DNA of 64,000 nt from the human T2T-CHM13v2.0 reference genome, Homo sapiens (GCF_009914755.1 NC_060943.1), one strand, 5' to 3'. Positions 40,400 to 54,639 are shown, counted from the first letter of the stretch. Program-made: numbers and translations. The notes: generated by a model from the letters alone, not told the origin.

Positions 40400-41345
40400 G
40401 CTGGAGGCATCAAACCCTGACACAGAGAGAGCCCTCAGAAAGGTGTAGAAGATTCACTGGAGACATCACACCCAACACAGAGGAGAGAGAACCCTCGGCG
40501 AGGTGTAGAAGACTCACTGGAGACATCATACCCAACACAGAGGAGAGAGAGCCCTTGGTGAGGTGTAGAAGGCTCACTGGAGGCATCACACCCCAACACA
40601 GAGACAGAGAGCTCTCGGTGAGGTGTAGAAGGCTCACCGGAAGCATCAGACCCCAACACAGAGAGAGAGAGAGCCCTCAGCAAGGTGAAGAAGGCTCACT
40701 GGAGATATCACACCCCAACACAGAGACAGAGAGAGCCCTCGGTGAGGTGTATAAGGCTCATTGGAGGCATCACACCCCATCACAGAGGAGAGCGAGCCCT
40801 TGGCAAAGTGTAGAACACTCACTGGAGACATCACACCCTGACACAGAAAGACAGAGAGAGAGCCCTCGGCAAGGTGTAGAAGGCTCACTAGAGGCACGAC
40901 ACCCCAACATAGAGGGAGAGCACCTTTGGCAAGGTGCAGAAGGCTCACTGGAGGCATCCCACCCCAACACAGAGAGTGAGAGCCCTCAGCGAGGTATACA
41001 AGGCCCACTGGAGTCATCACATCCCAAAACAGACAAAGCTCTTGGCAAGGTGTGGAAGGCTCACTGGAGTCATCACACCCAAACACAGAGAGAAAGCTCT
41101 CAGTGAGGTGTAGAAGGCTCACTGGACACAGAGAGAGAGAGAGAGAGAGCCCTCAGCGAGGTATACAAGGCCCACTGGAGTCATCACATCCCAAAACAGA
41201 CAAAGCTCTTGGCAAGGTGTGGAAGGCTCACTGGAGTCATCACACCCAAACACAGAGAGAAAGCTCTCAGTGAGGTGTAGAAGGCTCACTGGACACAGAG
41301 AGAGAGAGAGAGAGAGCCCTCGGCAAGGTGTGGAAGGCTCACTGG
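40400..41345 (+). repeat. ~60-bp minisatellite, 16 units, with an exact 167-bp higher-order duplication
   Basis: Consensus agagccctcggcaaggtgtagaaggctcactggaggcatcacaccccaacacagag; anchors at 40441, 40501, 40561, 40621, 40683, 40745, 40806, 40872, 40932, 40992, 41048, 41106, 41159, 41215, 41273, 41326. Confidence 0.96.
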
Positions 41346-41605
41346 TTCAAGACATCCAAGGGATTTGTTCAATCATTTGCTGACCACTGAGCCAACCAAG
41401 CATAGATGTCAATGGTTTCACTGTATTTTACAAGAAACAAGGACCTCACAAAGTTAGTCCAGAAAAGTCACTAAACAGCAAATAGCAACAACAGATCCTA
41501 GGGAGAGGGAGTGACTCGTTTCCAAAGCTTTCAAGTTATATTATTTTAAATGTCCAATTTTTAACAAAAACTTCTGAAAGATGCTAAGAAACAAGAAAGT
41601 ATGAT

Positions 41606-41700
41606 ACACACACACACACGCACACATGCATACACACATGCACACACACGTGCACACACATGCACACACATGCACACACACATACACACACATGCACACA
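41606..41700. repeat. (CA)n/(CACATG)n microsatellite
   Basis: Read directly. Confidence 0.9.
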
Positions 41701-42367
41701 GTCATCAGAAACTGTTTGAGGGACCCCAGATGTTGTCTTTACTAGAAAGACTGTAATCGGCTTTTACAAGTATGTAAAGTATGAAAACAATGAACACCAA
41801 ATGGAGAATATTAATAAAGAGATATACAATACTTAAAACACTAATGGAAACTCTGAAGGTGAAAGAAACAATATTTTTTAAAAAAATCAATGGAGATCAA
41901 ACAGCAGATTTTAGTTTAAAAAAAAGAATCAGAAAACTTGAAGATGCATTAATTGAGATTGTTCAGTCAAGAAAGAGAAAAAAGAACTATGAAACATGAA
42001 CAGAGCTTCAGAGACCTGTAGGGCACCATCGTGCAAGCCAAATAAACATGAGTCACAGGAGGAGAGGAGACAAGAGAAAGAAGCTAAAATAGCTTTGCAA
42101 AAAGAATGGTGAAAAACCTCCCATATTTGGTGGAAATCATTAAGCACTGTGAAATTCAAAAAACTCCTAATAGAATAAATTCAAAATGGGCCAAACCCAG
42201 ACACATTATAGTCAAACTGGCAAAATATGGAGTGCAGAAATAGGCAATCAGAGCTGGTCATTTAGTATATAGTATAAGCGGCATTTCAATTCACTGAGGA
42301 AAACTGCATTGTTGTTAATACAGTTGGGCCATCAGGTTAGTAATTTAGAAAACCTAATATGTATCTC

Positions 42368-43428
42368 CCTAGGTTCATCTGCATCATCACAAATGACATA
42401 ATTTCCTTCTTTTTAAGGCTGTATAGTATTCCATTGTGTGTATATGCCACATTTTGTTTATACATTCATCCACTGTTGGACACTTAGGTTGATTCCATAC
42501 ATTGACTATTTTGAATAACGTTGAAATGAAAAAGGCAGTGCAGATATCTCTCAGGCATATCCATTTCAATTCATTTGGATATGTACTCAGGAGTGGGAGA
42601 TACAGTGTGGATATTTGTCTTCTCCAAATCTCATGTTGAAATGTGATCCCCAATGTTGGAGGTGGGGGCTGGTGGGAGATGTTTGGGGCGAATCCCTCAT
42701 GAACAGCTTGGGGCCCTCCCCACAGTAATGCATGAGTTCTGGCTCTATTAGTTCACATGACCTGGTTGTGTAAAAGAGTGTGGCGCCTCCCACGCTGCTC
42801 CATCTCCCACCATGTGACACCCAGCTCCCCTTTCCCTCTGCCATGACTGAAAGCTTCCTGAGGTTCTGAGCAGAAGCAGATGCTGGTGCCCTGCTTGCAC
42901 AGCCTGCCTAGCCATGAGCCTCAGGTATTTCTTTATACCAATGTGAAACAGACGAACACAGTATATTGCTGGCTCAATTATATTGTTAATTTTTTGAGGA
43001 AACTTCATACTATTGTCCAAAATGGCCGTAATAATTGACATTCCCACCAATGGTATGTCAGTGTTTCTTTATCTCCACTTCCTGGCCAGCACTTACCTTT
43101 CATCATCTGAATCATAGCCATTCTAACAGGTGTTGAGGTTACAGCACAAGTTGTAAATCTCTCACTGAGGTTTTCATTTTCATTATGTGATGGTTAGAGG
43201 GGTTGAGCATTTTTTCATACATTTGTTGGCTATTTGTGTGCTTTCTCTTGAGAAATGCCTGTTCATTTCATTCGTCCATTCTTTCAGCAACTTATGTGTT
43301 TTCTTGCTATTATTTGAATTTCTTACATATTTTTGACAATAGCCCCTTATCAGATGTATAATTGAAAAATATTTTCTTCCAACTCATGGATTGTCTCTTT
43401 ACTCTGTAGATTGTTTCTTTGTTATACA
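42368..43428 (-). mobile_element. L1MA6/7-type inverted 5' segment
   Basis: Antisense L1 ORF2 end (ttccattgtgtgtatatgccacatttt...gccccttatcagatgtata), split by MSTB. Confidence 0.85.
42598..42960 (+). mobile_element. MSTB MaLR solo LTR
   Basis: caaatctcatgttgaaatgtgatccccaatgttggaggtggg...cctcaggtatttctttata. Confidence 0.88.
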
Positions 43429-43429
43429 G

Positions 43430-44195
43430 AAGGAGGACATAAGTGAAGTAAGCCAAGCACAGAAAGACAAATACTGTATTACTGCACTCATATATTGAAT
43501 CAAAGAAAGTCAATCTCATAGAAACAGCAGGTAGAAACGTGGTTACCAAGGCTGGGAGAAGGGAGAAGGAAGGGGAAAGGGGAGATGTCGATCAAAGGGG
43601 AAAGGGGAGATGTCGATCAAAGGGTACAAAGTTTCAGTTACACTGCAGGCATAAGTGTTTGTCATCTACTGCACTGCACAATGACCACAGTTAAGACTAA
43701 TGTATATATACAGATATATATTTTTTGAGACAGGGTCTCACTTTGTCACCCAGGCTGGAGTGCAGTGGCATAAACATGGCTCACTGTAGCCTCAACCTCC
43801 CAGGCTCAAGTGATCCTTCCACTTGAGCCCTCACAAGTAGCTGGGGCTACAGGCACATGCTCTACCAACTTAATTTTTTTATTTTTTGTACAGAGTGGGT
43901 TTCACCATGTTGCCCATGCTGGTCTTGAACTCCTGAGCTCAAAGGATCTGCCTGCCTCGTCCTCCCAAGTTGCTGGGATTACAAGCGTGAGCCACTGTGC
44001 CTGGCCAATCATGTATATTTTAAAATCGCAAAAAGAATAGATTTGTGACATTCTCTCTACAGGAAATATGATAAGTTGTTGAGGTGATGGATATGTTGAT
44101 TAGCTTGTTTTAATCTTTACACGATGTATCCAAACATCACATTGTACCACATAAAAAATACAATTATTGTCTGTCAATTTAAAAATAAATAAATA
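43430..44195 (+). mobile_element. L1MA6/7-type 3' UTR, sense segment
   Basis: ggaggacataagtgaagtaagcc...gaggtgatggatatgttgattagcttg...aaaaataaat. Confidence 0.85.
43720..44006 (-). mobile_element. AluJ
   Basis: catggctcactgtagcctcaacctcccaggctcaagtgatcct. Confidence 0.93.
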
Positions 44196-44279
44196 AGCCA
44201 GTTAAATAAATAAGGATATAACCAAATAATGGAATTCATAAAAGTTATATGATTAATTTACAGCCACCATAAAGATATG

Positions 44280-45160
<881 letters not shown>

Positions 45161-45671
45161 AAAATGTAAACTTCAAAAGTTGATACATTTCAAAAAAAAA
45201 TCTGCTGGAATTATTTATTTTTTCCAAAATAAACTTTCTAAATGATGAAAGATTTAAATACAAAAAAGAAACCATAAAAGCACTAGAAAAAAACATAAGG
45301 GAGTGTATTTATTGTCTGAGAAAAAAAGACATTAGTTTTCACATCAAAACTAAAAATGAGGAAGAAAAATGCTGACAAATTTGATTATGTTATAAATTTT
45401 AAATTTCTGAATAGCAAAAATCAAAATTAAAAAAAGAGAGAGCTGTAAAATATTTACAGACGCATAGAAGCCTTACTACACAAACGTGTTTGCAAATCAA
45501 AAACAAAAGGCATTAACAGAAGAGAGAATAAAATAGCCAAAACCAAAAATTATGGTGAATGGCACGCACATTGGAAGATATAAAATTAAAACACAATCCA
45601 ATGCTATGTTTCATATATCAGATTATGTTTTACCTTCTTTAAATCTGTCATTGTAAACAAAGATATGGTAA

Positions 45672-46447
<776 letters not shown>

Positions 46448-46538
46448 CTAAAGGCATCCCTGAACAGCAATTTGGCTGGATCTGTTAATATTTTAAAGTT
46501 TATCCTTTGGCCTAGCATTCCCATCTATAGCTATTTCA

Positions 46539-47027
<489 letters not shown>

Positions 47028-47155
47028 GCCCAGGCATGGTGGTGAGCACCCATAGCCCCAGCTCCTCAGAGGAGGCTGAGGTTGGAGGATTGCTTGAGCC
47101 CAGGAGTGTGAATCAAGCTGGGCAACATAGCAAGACCCCATCTCTAAAATAAACA
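47028..47155 (+). mobile_element. FLAM-type Alu monomer
   Basis: Single monomer ending gggcaacatagcaagaccccatctctaaaa. Confidence 0.8.
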
Positions 47156-47466
47156 AATTAATTACTTAACTAATTAATTAAATATATATCCAATTGGATG
47201 TTTATTGCAGTGAAGTAATAGTAAAACAATTAGAAAAATCTAAATACCCATCAACAGATTTTGATCAACTTATCTGTGAATGATGATAATATTTAATATT
47301 AGGGTACCTATATTTAAAATCATATAAACCTTAAATATGTTACCTCAGTGACTGTGTCATAGAATACAAATATAAAAGCTTTTTTTACTACCTTTTAAAC
47401 TTTATGTTGAGGCCTCATCTCTAGAATCCAGAATATACAAAATGTTGCTAAGAGATTAAAGGCAAC

Positions 47467-47913
47467 TGCCAACCTTAAAGAATGAAGTTCAGAAGATATG
47501 ATTAAGGGTGGAGTTTATTTGGGCACACAGCTTGAGGATGCCCGTCTGGGAGACGCCGACCCCAAATGAATAGGGAGAGCTGGTGTTTGTTTCACTTCTA
47601 AAGCCAGAGACAGAAACATCGGTGAGATCAGGACACTTTCCACAGGATAACAGGGCAGAGCTGGAGCAAACTGATCAGTCACATATTGTTCCATTCCAAG
47701 GAAGATGACTCCACTCCAGGAAGAGGGTTAGTGACCTAAGGGGGTCTTGACACTGTTGGGTTATAATTATTTACGAGCAGAAAAAAGCGGAAGCCGCAGC
47801 TGCATTCCACGTGACTCTGCTGCATAGCCATGTTCCTCACAAGGCTCAGAATAAGGTAAAATTCCAATAACTTTAAGTTTAAATTATTTTAAGTTTGAAT
47901 TATGTGATATCAC
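47467..47913 (-). mobile_element. MER65-like ERV1 solo LTR
   Basis: tgccaaccttaaag...gagtttatttgggcacacagcttgaggatg...taagtttgaattatgtgatatcaca. Confidence 0.65.
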
Positions 47914-47914
47914 A

Positions 47915-48490
47915 AAACCAAAATACTTCACCCCAAAATATGTGTCTTAGGCATATTCTGAGCTGGCTGTTCAGAGGGCCTGCAAACACAAGGAGCCCTG
48001 CAAAGCTGTCTTTTGTGGGGCAGATTTGCACCTGCAGAGGAAATAAAGGGAAGTAAACAACAGATGTGAAAGGCTTTCTCCGAAGTCCTCCTTGTCAAGG
48101 TCCAGGAAAGATTAACTGAGAGGCTGACACCTTTAAAGGTCTTGCAGAGAAACATTTACCAGAAGCTGCCACCCACCCCCTTTGAGGGCTGCCACCTGAG
48201 AGGCTCCAGCTGTGTACCAAGACTGCCTCTGCTAACCAGGCCTCTTCTCCTCTTCTCTCTCTCCCGTATCCTTTTTGCCATGATCCAAGCCCCTATTTTC
48301 TGTATATTCAAGAGGGCTAAAAGCATCAACCATCTTGACATTTGTTTGAGTCTTTATATTTTGTATGACTCCCAAGCCCATATGAATGCTAATAAAATGT
48401 TTACACCTTTTTCCCCTGGTAATCTGTGCATTACATTTATCTTACAGACTCAAATTACCAAAACTTCAGGAACAAAGTTAAATGTTCCTT
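47915..48490 (+). mobile_element. MER34-family ERV1 LTR
   Basis: caccccaaaatatg...ggctgttcagagggcctgca...gcaaagctgtcttttgtgggg; aataaa near 48391. Confidence 0.7.
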
Positions 48491-48499
48491 CAAAATATA

Positions 48500-48670
48500 A
48501 GACTAGGAAATCAGAGTTGGGAGAGAAATTAGAGTTCATCTATCCTCTCACCTCCTTTTTCATATGGAAATTTATGACTCAGAGAGGGGGAGTAACTTTC
48601 TTAAAATCATGCAGCAAAAGACAAGGTACAAGATCTCAAGTTTTCTGACTTCCAGTTAAGCATTTTGCTC
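48500..48670 (-). mobile_element. MIR fragment
   Basis: tgactcagagagggggagtaactttcttaaaatcatgcagc. Confidence 0.5.
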
Positions 48671-49287
48671 CCAGAATTTTCTCAGACTCCAGAAAATGAT
48701 AAGCCCTTGCAGGGCTGGTCCTTTGTCTCATCTCCCTTTTCTCCTCTATGATCCACACAGTGCAATGCACAGAGCAGAGCCTCAACGAGCAGGTGACAGA
48801 AGGAAATTTAATCAGTGGTTAAAGTTAAGCACTTGGCTGAGCCTCACCAGTGGGTGTGCTTGGTCTGTCAGCACACAGGACTTCCCCTTATGGCTCCTCT
48901 GCCCTGATGCCATGAAAAACAGATCAGGTCCCATAAATCGTGAGGAGTACATCCCCTCAGCAAGGTGACTGGAGTCACACGGTTCACTCCTTCAGAGCAA
49001 AGATCTTCCCGTCTCATAAAGCAAATTCCATAAGGGGCCTTAAGAAGACTTTGTATGTAATTTGCTGAACCTTAAGCCCAACATTTGAACTATTTTCCAT
49101 GGAGACCTGTCTGTTACGCGCCTGGTGCGGAGCACTGCCTGGATTTCAGAAATCCACCCCGGTCCTGTGCTTTCTCACCAGAGCAAGACCCAGCCTGGAG
49201 GCTCCATGACTCCTGATGCCATTTTTCTCTCTCATTCTCTAAGAAACAGATCCTGAAACAAAAATTCATGAATAAAAAATGTATCTG

Positions 49288-49553
49288 GGCCCAGGCGCAA
49301 TGGCTCACACCTGTAATCCCAGCACTTCGGGAGGCCAAGGCAGGTGGATTGCTTGAGGTCAGGAGTTCAAGACGAGCCTTACCAAAATGGTGAAATCCTG
49401 CCTCTACTAAAAATACAAAAATTAGCTGGGTGTGGTGGCAGGCGCCTGTAATCTCAGAACCCAGGAGGCAGAGGTTGCAGTGAGCTGAGATCGCACCACT
49501 GTACCCCAGCCTGAGCAACAGAGCAAGACTCTGTCTCAGAAAAAAAAAAAAAA
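49288..49553 (+). mobile_element. AluS with right-arm deletion
   Basis: tgtaatctcag joined to aacccagg; TSD core gtatctg. Confidence 0.94.
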
Positions 49554-49608
49554 GTATCTGGAAGGTGATCCCAGGAAACACAGGTAAGGGAATAGAAGAG
49601 TGAGATGG

Positions 49609-49907
49609 GGCCAGGTGCAGTGGCTCATGCCTGTAATCCCAAAGCTTTGGGAGGCTGAGGTGGGAGGATTGCTTGAGCCAAGAATTCGAGACCATCCTGG
49701 ACAACATAGAAAGACCCCATCTCTACAAAAAAAAAATTCTAAAAAAATTAGCCAGGTGGTGGTGCACACCTGTAGTCCCAGCTACATGGGAGATCGAGGT
49801 GGAAGGACTGCTTGAGCACAAGAGTTTGTGCCAAGAGCTATGATTGTGCCACTGAACTCCAGCCTGGGAAACAGAGTGAGACCCTGTCTCTTAAAAAAAA
49901 AAAAAAA
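49609..49907 (+). mobile_element. AluJ
   Basis: ggaggattgcttgagcc, gagctatgattgtgcc. Confidence 0.93.
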
Positions 49908-49918
49908 GTGAATAGAAA

Positions 49919-50207
49919 GGCTGGGTGTGATGGCTCACGCCTGTACTCCCAGCACTTTGAGAGGCTGAAGTGGCAGATCACTTAAGCCCAGGAGTTGGAG
50001 ACAAGCCTGGGCAACATAGTGAGATTCCATCTGGACAGAAAATTAAAAAAAAAATAGCCCTGTGTGGTGGCATGCAGCTGTAGTCCCAGCTGCTTGAGAG
50101 GCTGAAGTGGGTGGATCACTTGAGCCTGGAAAGGTCAAGGCCACAGTGAGCTACAGTCATGCCACTGCACTCCAGCCTGGGTGACAGCTAGACCCTCTCT
50201 CAAAAAA
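49919..50207 (+). mobile_element. AluJ
   Basis: gggcaacatagtgaga, ggtcaaggccacagtgagc. Confidence 0.93.
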
Positions 50208-50303
50208 TAGTCATCATAATGAATAAGAGGATTGCAGGAGGTAACAGTAAAGGATGGATTATCAAGCTAATTACCAATGTGGGCAACTGGAACTTGATCC
50301 TTC

Positions 50304-50786
50304 TGAGGTAGGAGGTGCAACCTGACTCCAGAAGCGGGACTAGGACGCCAGAACAAACTGAGGACTGTCTGAAACAGGAACTGCGCAGATGTAGCTTTCC
50401 ATAAGACACGCCCACTAGTGAGCCGCGTCAGTTTACTGTTGCCATGGCAACACTGGGACGTTACAGTCCCTTTCCATGGCAATGATCTGATGACCCTGAA
50501 GTTACCACCCTCATCCTAGAGATGTCTGCATAGAGATGTCCTTTAATTTGCATATAATTACAGGTGGGATAAACGTGGCTGCAGAACTGTCCTGAGCTGC
50601 TCCTCCAGGCACACAGCCTGTGGGGTGGCTCCGCTCTGCGAGGAGCAGTCCCCCTGCTGCTGCACACAGCCGCTTCAAGAAAAGTTGCTGTCCAACACCA
50701 CCGGCTCGCCCTCAAATTCTTTGCTGGGAGAAGCCAAGAATTCTCCCAGGATAAGCTCCAATTTGGGGCTCACCTGCCCTGCATCA
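50304..50786 (+). mobile_element. MER66-family ERV1 solo LTR
   Basis: TG...CA ends, exact 4-bp TSD cttc (50300-50303, 50787-50790); agctttccataagacacgcccac, ttgccatggcaac. Confidence 0.88.
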
Positions 50787-52476
50787 CTTCTGGGCATAGA
50801 ACACACTCTTTGGAGTTAGCTCCCATGAGGACAGAGGGGCTGGGACATTTGTACTGACTCAAGGCAGCCTCCCATCATGGGCTGTCCATGGAGGCAGGGA
50901 AGATTATCTTGTTTATCAGATCTTCCAACGTGCAACAAAAAGATCCCGGGGTAGTTGGAAGTCTACACTACACTACACTACAGTGATAAGACCCAGGGAG
51001 GGATGAGTGAGGCACAGACATTATCTTTTAAATATATTTTGTCTGTAAAGTGATACTTAAATTTTAGTTAAGAGGAGAGACTGAATGAGAAACTATTGAA
51101 ATCTTAGGACAGGGCTTTAAAGACTTAGCTCAAGTCCCCACCCAAGATTGTATTTGTTGCCCAAAACTGCCCACCTACCCATCCATTGACTTCCTTGCAT
51201 CTCTCAATGCAAAGAGAGACTTAAAAACTGTTTCAGGTTAATCGGAAGTAAAATATTTTGGCTTAGCAAAATCACTGTGGATGGAAATTGGAGCAACCCC
51301 ATGAGAGCGCGTGCCTGAGCTCAGAGCTGCCATGTGCACTTTATTGGCGCTGGGAGGAGGTAACTGAAGCGGAGAGGTTCCTCACTGATGGTGGGGAAAT
51401 CGGCTTTAACAGCTAAGGCAGGAATTAGTCACCCGGGGACTATCTGGGCATGCTCCGTGAAAGAGGCCATCTGTGGCTGTTTATGAGGATGTGTTTGTGA
51501 AAAGCGCCTGGCAGGCTCTGCAAGAGGGTTCTGGCGCCACTTCTGAGTTTCCTTTTCCTCCCTAGCCCACCATGCCTTGTGACAAGAGCGCTCTCCCTGG
51601 CCATTGCTCAGCCAAGGGGTGGGCATGAACTATCCCATGTTTCAAGGTGGCACCTCCACCTCTAGGGCTCTCTCAGTCTTGGCCTGGAAGAGCTGTCAAA
51701 GGAAAATGGGGCCCTGAAGGAAAAGGAGGAGAACCTGACAATTCCGAGTTAAGAGCAAGGAGAAAACAATAAATTTACAAACCATATTAGTGGTTCGTAA
51801 CTCACTTTGTGACGCCTGCTTTGGTCCACGTGAAGATGAGGGAGAGGCATGCTCATGGGGTGGCTCTTAGTGCTCTGAATGGGTAGAGGAAAATTGTGGC
51901 CACAGGGCCGCAGGGCACAGGCCTTGGCTGATCTGATTTTCCACCATCCCCCATTACATTGTTCTGCATTGAGACACTCCCTTTTGGAGAGTGGTCATAC
52001 ACTCGATTTGAAAGAAAATCTTGATGGAGAGGAGGCAGTCATGTGGTTCATGAACTGCTCAGGCAGCAGCAAATCTGGGCTTCCAATTCCAGTACATATT
52101 TGCCTGATGTCTGTGTCTCAGACACCTCATAAAACATTATCTGGGGGTCAGGGAGCGGACGAAGCCAGGGTGGGCAGACTCTGGCATCCAGTGTGACTGC
52201 TGGACCCTCCTATCCCCAGCCAGACACATTTTCACAGCAGCAGAAGGTCATCAGGAGATAATGAAGGAAACAACAGAACAAACAAGGAAACGTGAGACCT
52301 TGCTCCTCAGAGACATGGAGAAGCCACCAGTCTCAGAGCCAGGGCATGCATAATTCCTACAGTTCATACCAGAACAGAGTTAGAGGCTTCCGTCCAAGTC
52401 CTTTCCAAAGGCAAATTACCATGCCTCTCCTTGAGGCCTGTGTTCTTGTCAAGCCCAGGAGCCCTGCAGGATGTGA

Positions 52477-52941
<465 letters not shown>

Positions 52942-52959
52942 TAAAAAATTTTCATCAAT

Positions 52960-53372
52960 TATTTATTTATCCTTAATTTTTCAACCTTTAAAAAATTTTC
53001 AACTATTTTAGAATCAGGGGGTACACGTGCAGGTTGTTACATGGGGATATTGTGTGATGCCGAGGTTTGGGCTTCTATTGAACCTACCACCCAAACAGTG
53101 AGCATGGTACCCAACAGGTGGTTTTTCAACCTTTGCCCCTTGTAGTCTTCTCCTTCTTGTAGTCCCCAGTTTCTATTTTTGTTATCTTTGTGTCCATGTG
53201 TAGTCAGTGTTTAGCTCCCACTTTTAAGTGAGAGCATGTGGTATTTGGTTTTCGTTCCTGTGTTAATTTGCTGAGGAGAATGGCTTCCAGCTGCATCCAT
53301 GTTGCTGCAAAAGACACAATTCTATTCTTTTTTATGGCTGTGTAGTATTCCATGTTGGATATGTACCACATG
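52960..53372 (-). mobile_element. L1PA15/16-type 3' fragment
   Basis: cagggggtacacgtgcagg...gatgccgaggtttggg...agctgcatccatgttgctgcaaaag. Confidence 0.88.
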
Positions 53373-53864
53373 TAAAACAAATTATTTTTGGTCTCTTGAA
53401 ATTTCCCTGTATTTTCCTGCTCTCTCCTCTAATTAGGGTGGTTGCCTTCCCAGATCTCCACTTGTGGAAGGGGAGCTACTCCAGATTCAACTCAATGGCC
53501 TTCTCCCCAGAAAGCCATGCATACTTCTCCCATGCTCTCACTCTGCTTGGTTCATCCTTGTTGCAGCTTTATCAGCCTTTGCCTGGGCTGCACCTGCTGA
53601 TGCACATGCAGGCCTCTTCCATTGGGATCCACACTTCCAGATGCAGGGCTCATTCCATTCACCCATGCCTCCTCCTGACCAGGATTTGGATGTTCTGTAT
53701 ATTTGTATGCACACACACACACACACATACACATATAAAGTATGTGTAGGCACTCAATAAATTCTTGTTGAATGAACAGATAAATGAATAGACATTTTCC
53801 TGAGTTTTCTAAGACATAATATTCTTTACCCCCCCTGAAATTGGAAACATGACCCTTAAGGCTG

Positions 53865-54065
53865 ATGGTATTTGTTGAGCAACTGCTATGTGCCGGATGC
53901 TGCGGTGGTAACTTGTACACTTGCTCTCTCATGCAAAAGCTACAACTCTCTCATTCTAAGGCTGAATCACACTGTGGTTGGCGTGAGGTACAATCCCAAT
54001 GCCATCTATCTGCTCCAGGCTGTGGATAGGAATAGAGGTCCAATTAGACTTCAGTTCAAGCCACC
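53865..54065 (-). mobile_element. MIR
   Basis: tatttgttgagcaactgctatgtgccggatgctg. Confidence 0.45.
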
Positions 54066-54639
54066 TGCTGAGAGAGGAGCATAGGCCTCCCAATATCCCC
54101 TCCCATTGTTTCTGAGTCCTGCAAAGACAGTCTCGTGAGCCACAGACCTGGTCCAGCTCCATCACCAAGCAGTGTGGGCCTGATTCTGCCTGCCATGGCC
54201 AGTCACCCCCATCAATGCCTGTGCAAGGTGCACCGCCTCCGAACATCCCAAAGCTCCCAGATGTGCTGGAGGTGGCACAGGATGGAAGAATCCTGTCCCC
54301 GGCCCATGCCACTCTCTCATGGCCTGCAAATACCAGCAGAGTGGCTTTGGGGCCCAACTCATAAAAGCTTTGGCTGGCTTCTGGTCCCCACCCCTATACC
54401 ATGGGATTCACACCAGGGCCAAGGGCTGGGCAGGGCATGTGAGATGCTGCTCCTTGTTTATCCTTGTCAGCCTGTTCCAAAGCACCAACATCTCCTCCCA
54501 GCCTCCCAGTTATGAAACAAAATCCCCCCTGCATTCAATGCGTGCAGCAGATGCCATAGGTGGGAGGAGGGGCAGCAAGGGCAACCTTGGCAGCCTGAGC
54601 CCCAGCCCACCCACCAACATGCTCTGCCAAGATTCATTT

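Larger units (their letters stand above)
39650..42230 (+). mobile_element. L1M4-type 5' end and ORF1 remnant, hosting a minisatellite
   Basis: aagcaatgagaacactgg...ccagaactctaaaaattaac; ORF1 segments cagagcttcagagacctgtaggg, cccagacacattatagtcaaactg. Confidence 0.75.
49232..51020 (-). mobile_element. LTR16-like ERVL LTR, fragmented by three Alus and MER66
   Basis: aagaaacagatcctgaaacaaaaattc / ggaaggtgatcccaggaaacac / tgtgggcaactggaactt / gaggggctgggacatttgtac join into one LTR16-like antisense copy. Confidence 0.6.

Noticed and set aside
40400-41345. Regular ~60-bp periodicity suggesting a CRISPR-like array; ORFs of 183 aa (40555-41106) and 158 aa (40646-41122)
   Set aside because: Whole units repeat with no unique spacers, there are no cas genes and the DNA is primate. 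The ORFs are by-products of a repeat poor in stop codons.
48142-48648. 168-aa ORF
   Set aside because: Non-ATG start, inside a MER34-type LTR and MIR.
49114-49707. 197-aa minus-strand ORF
   Set aside because: Mostly two antisense Alus and an LTR fragment.
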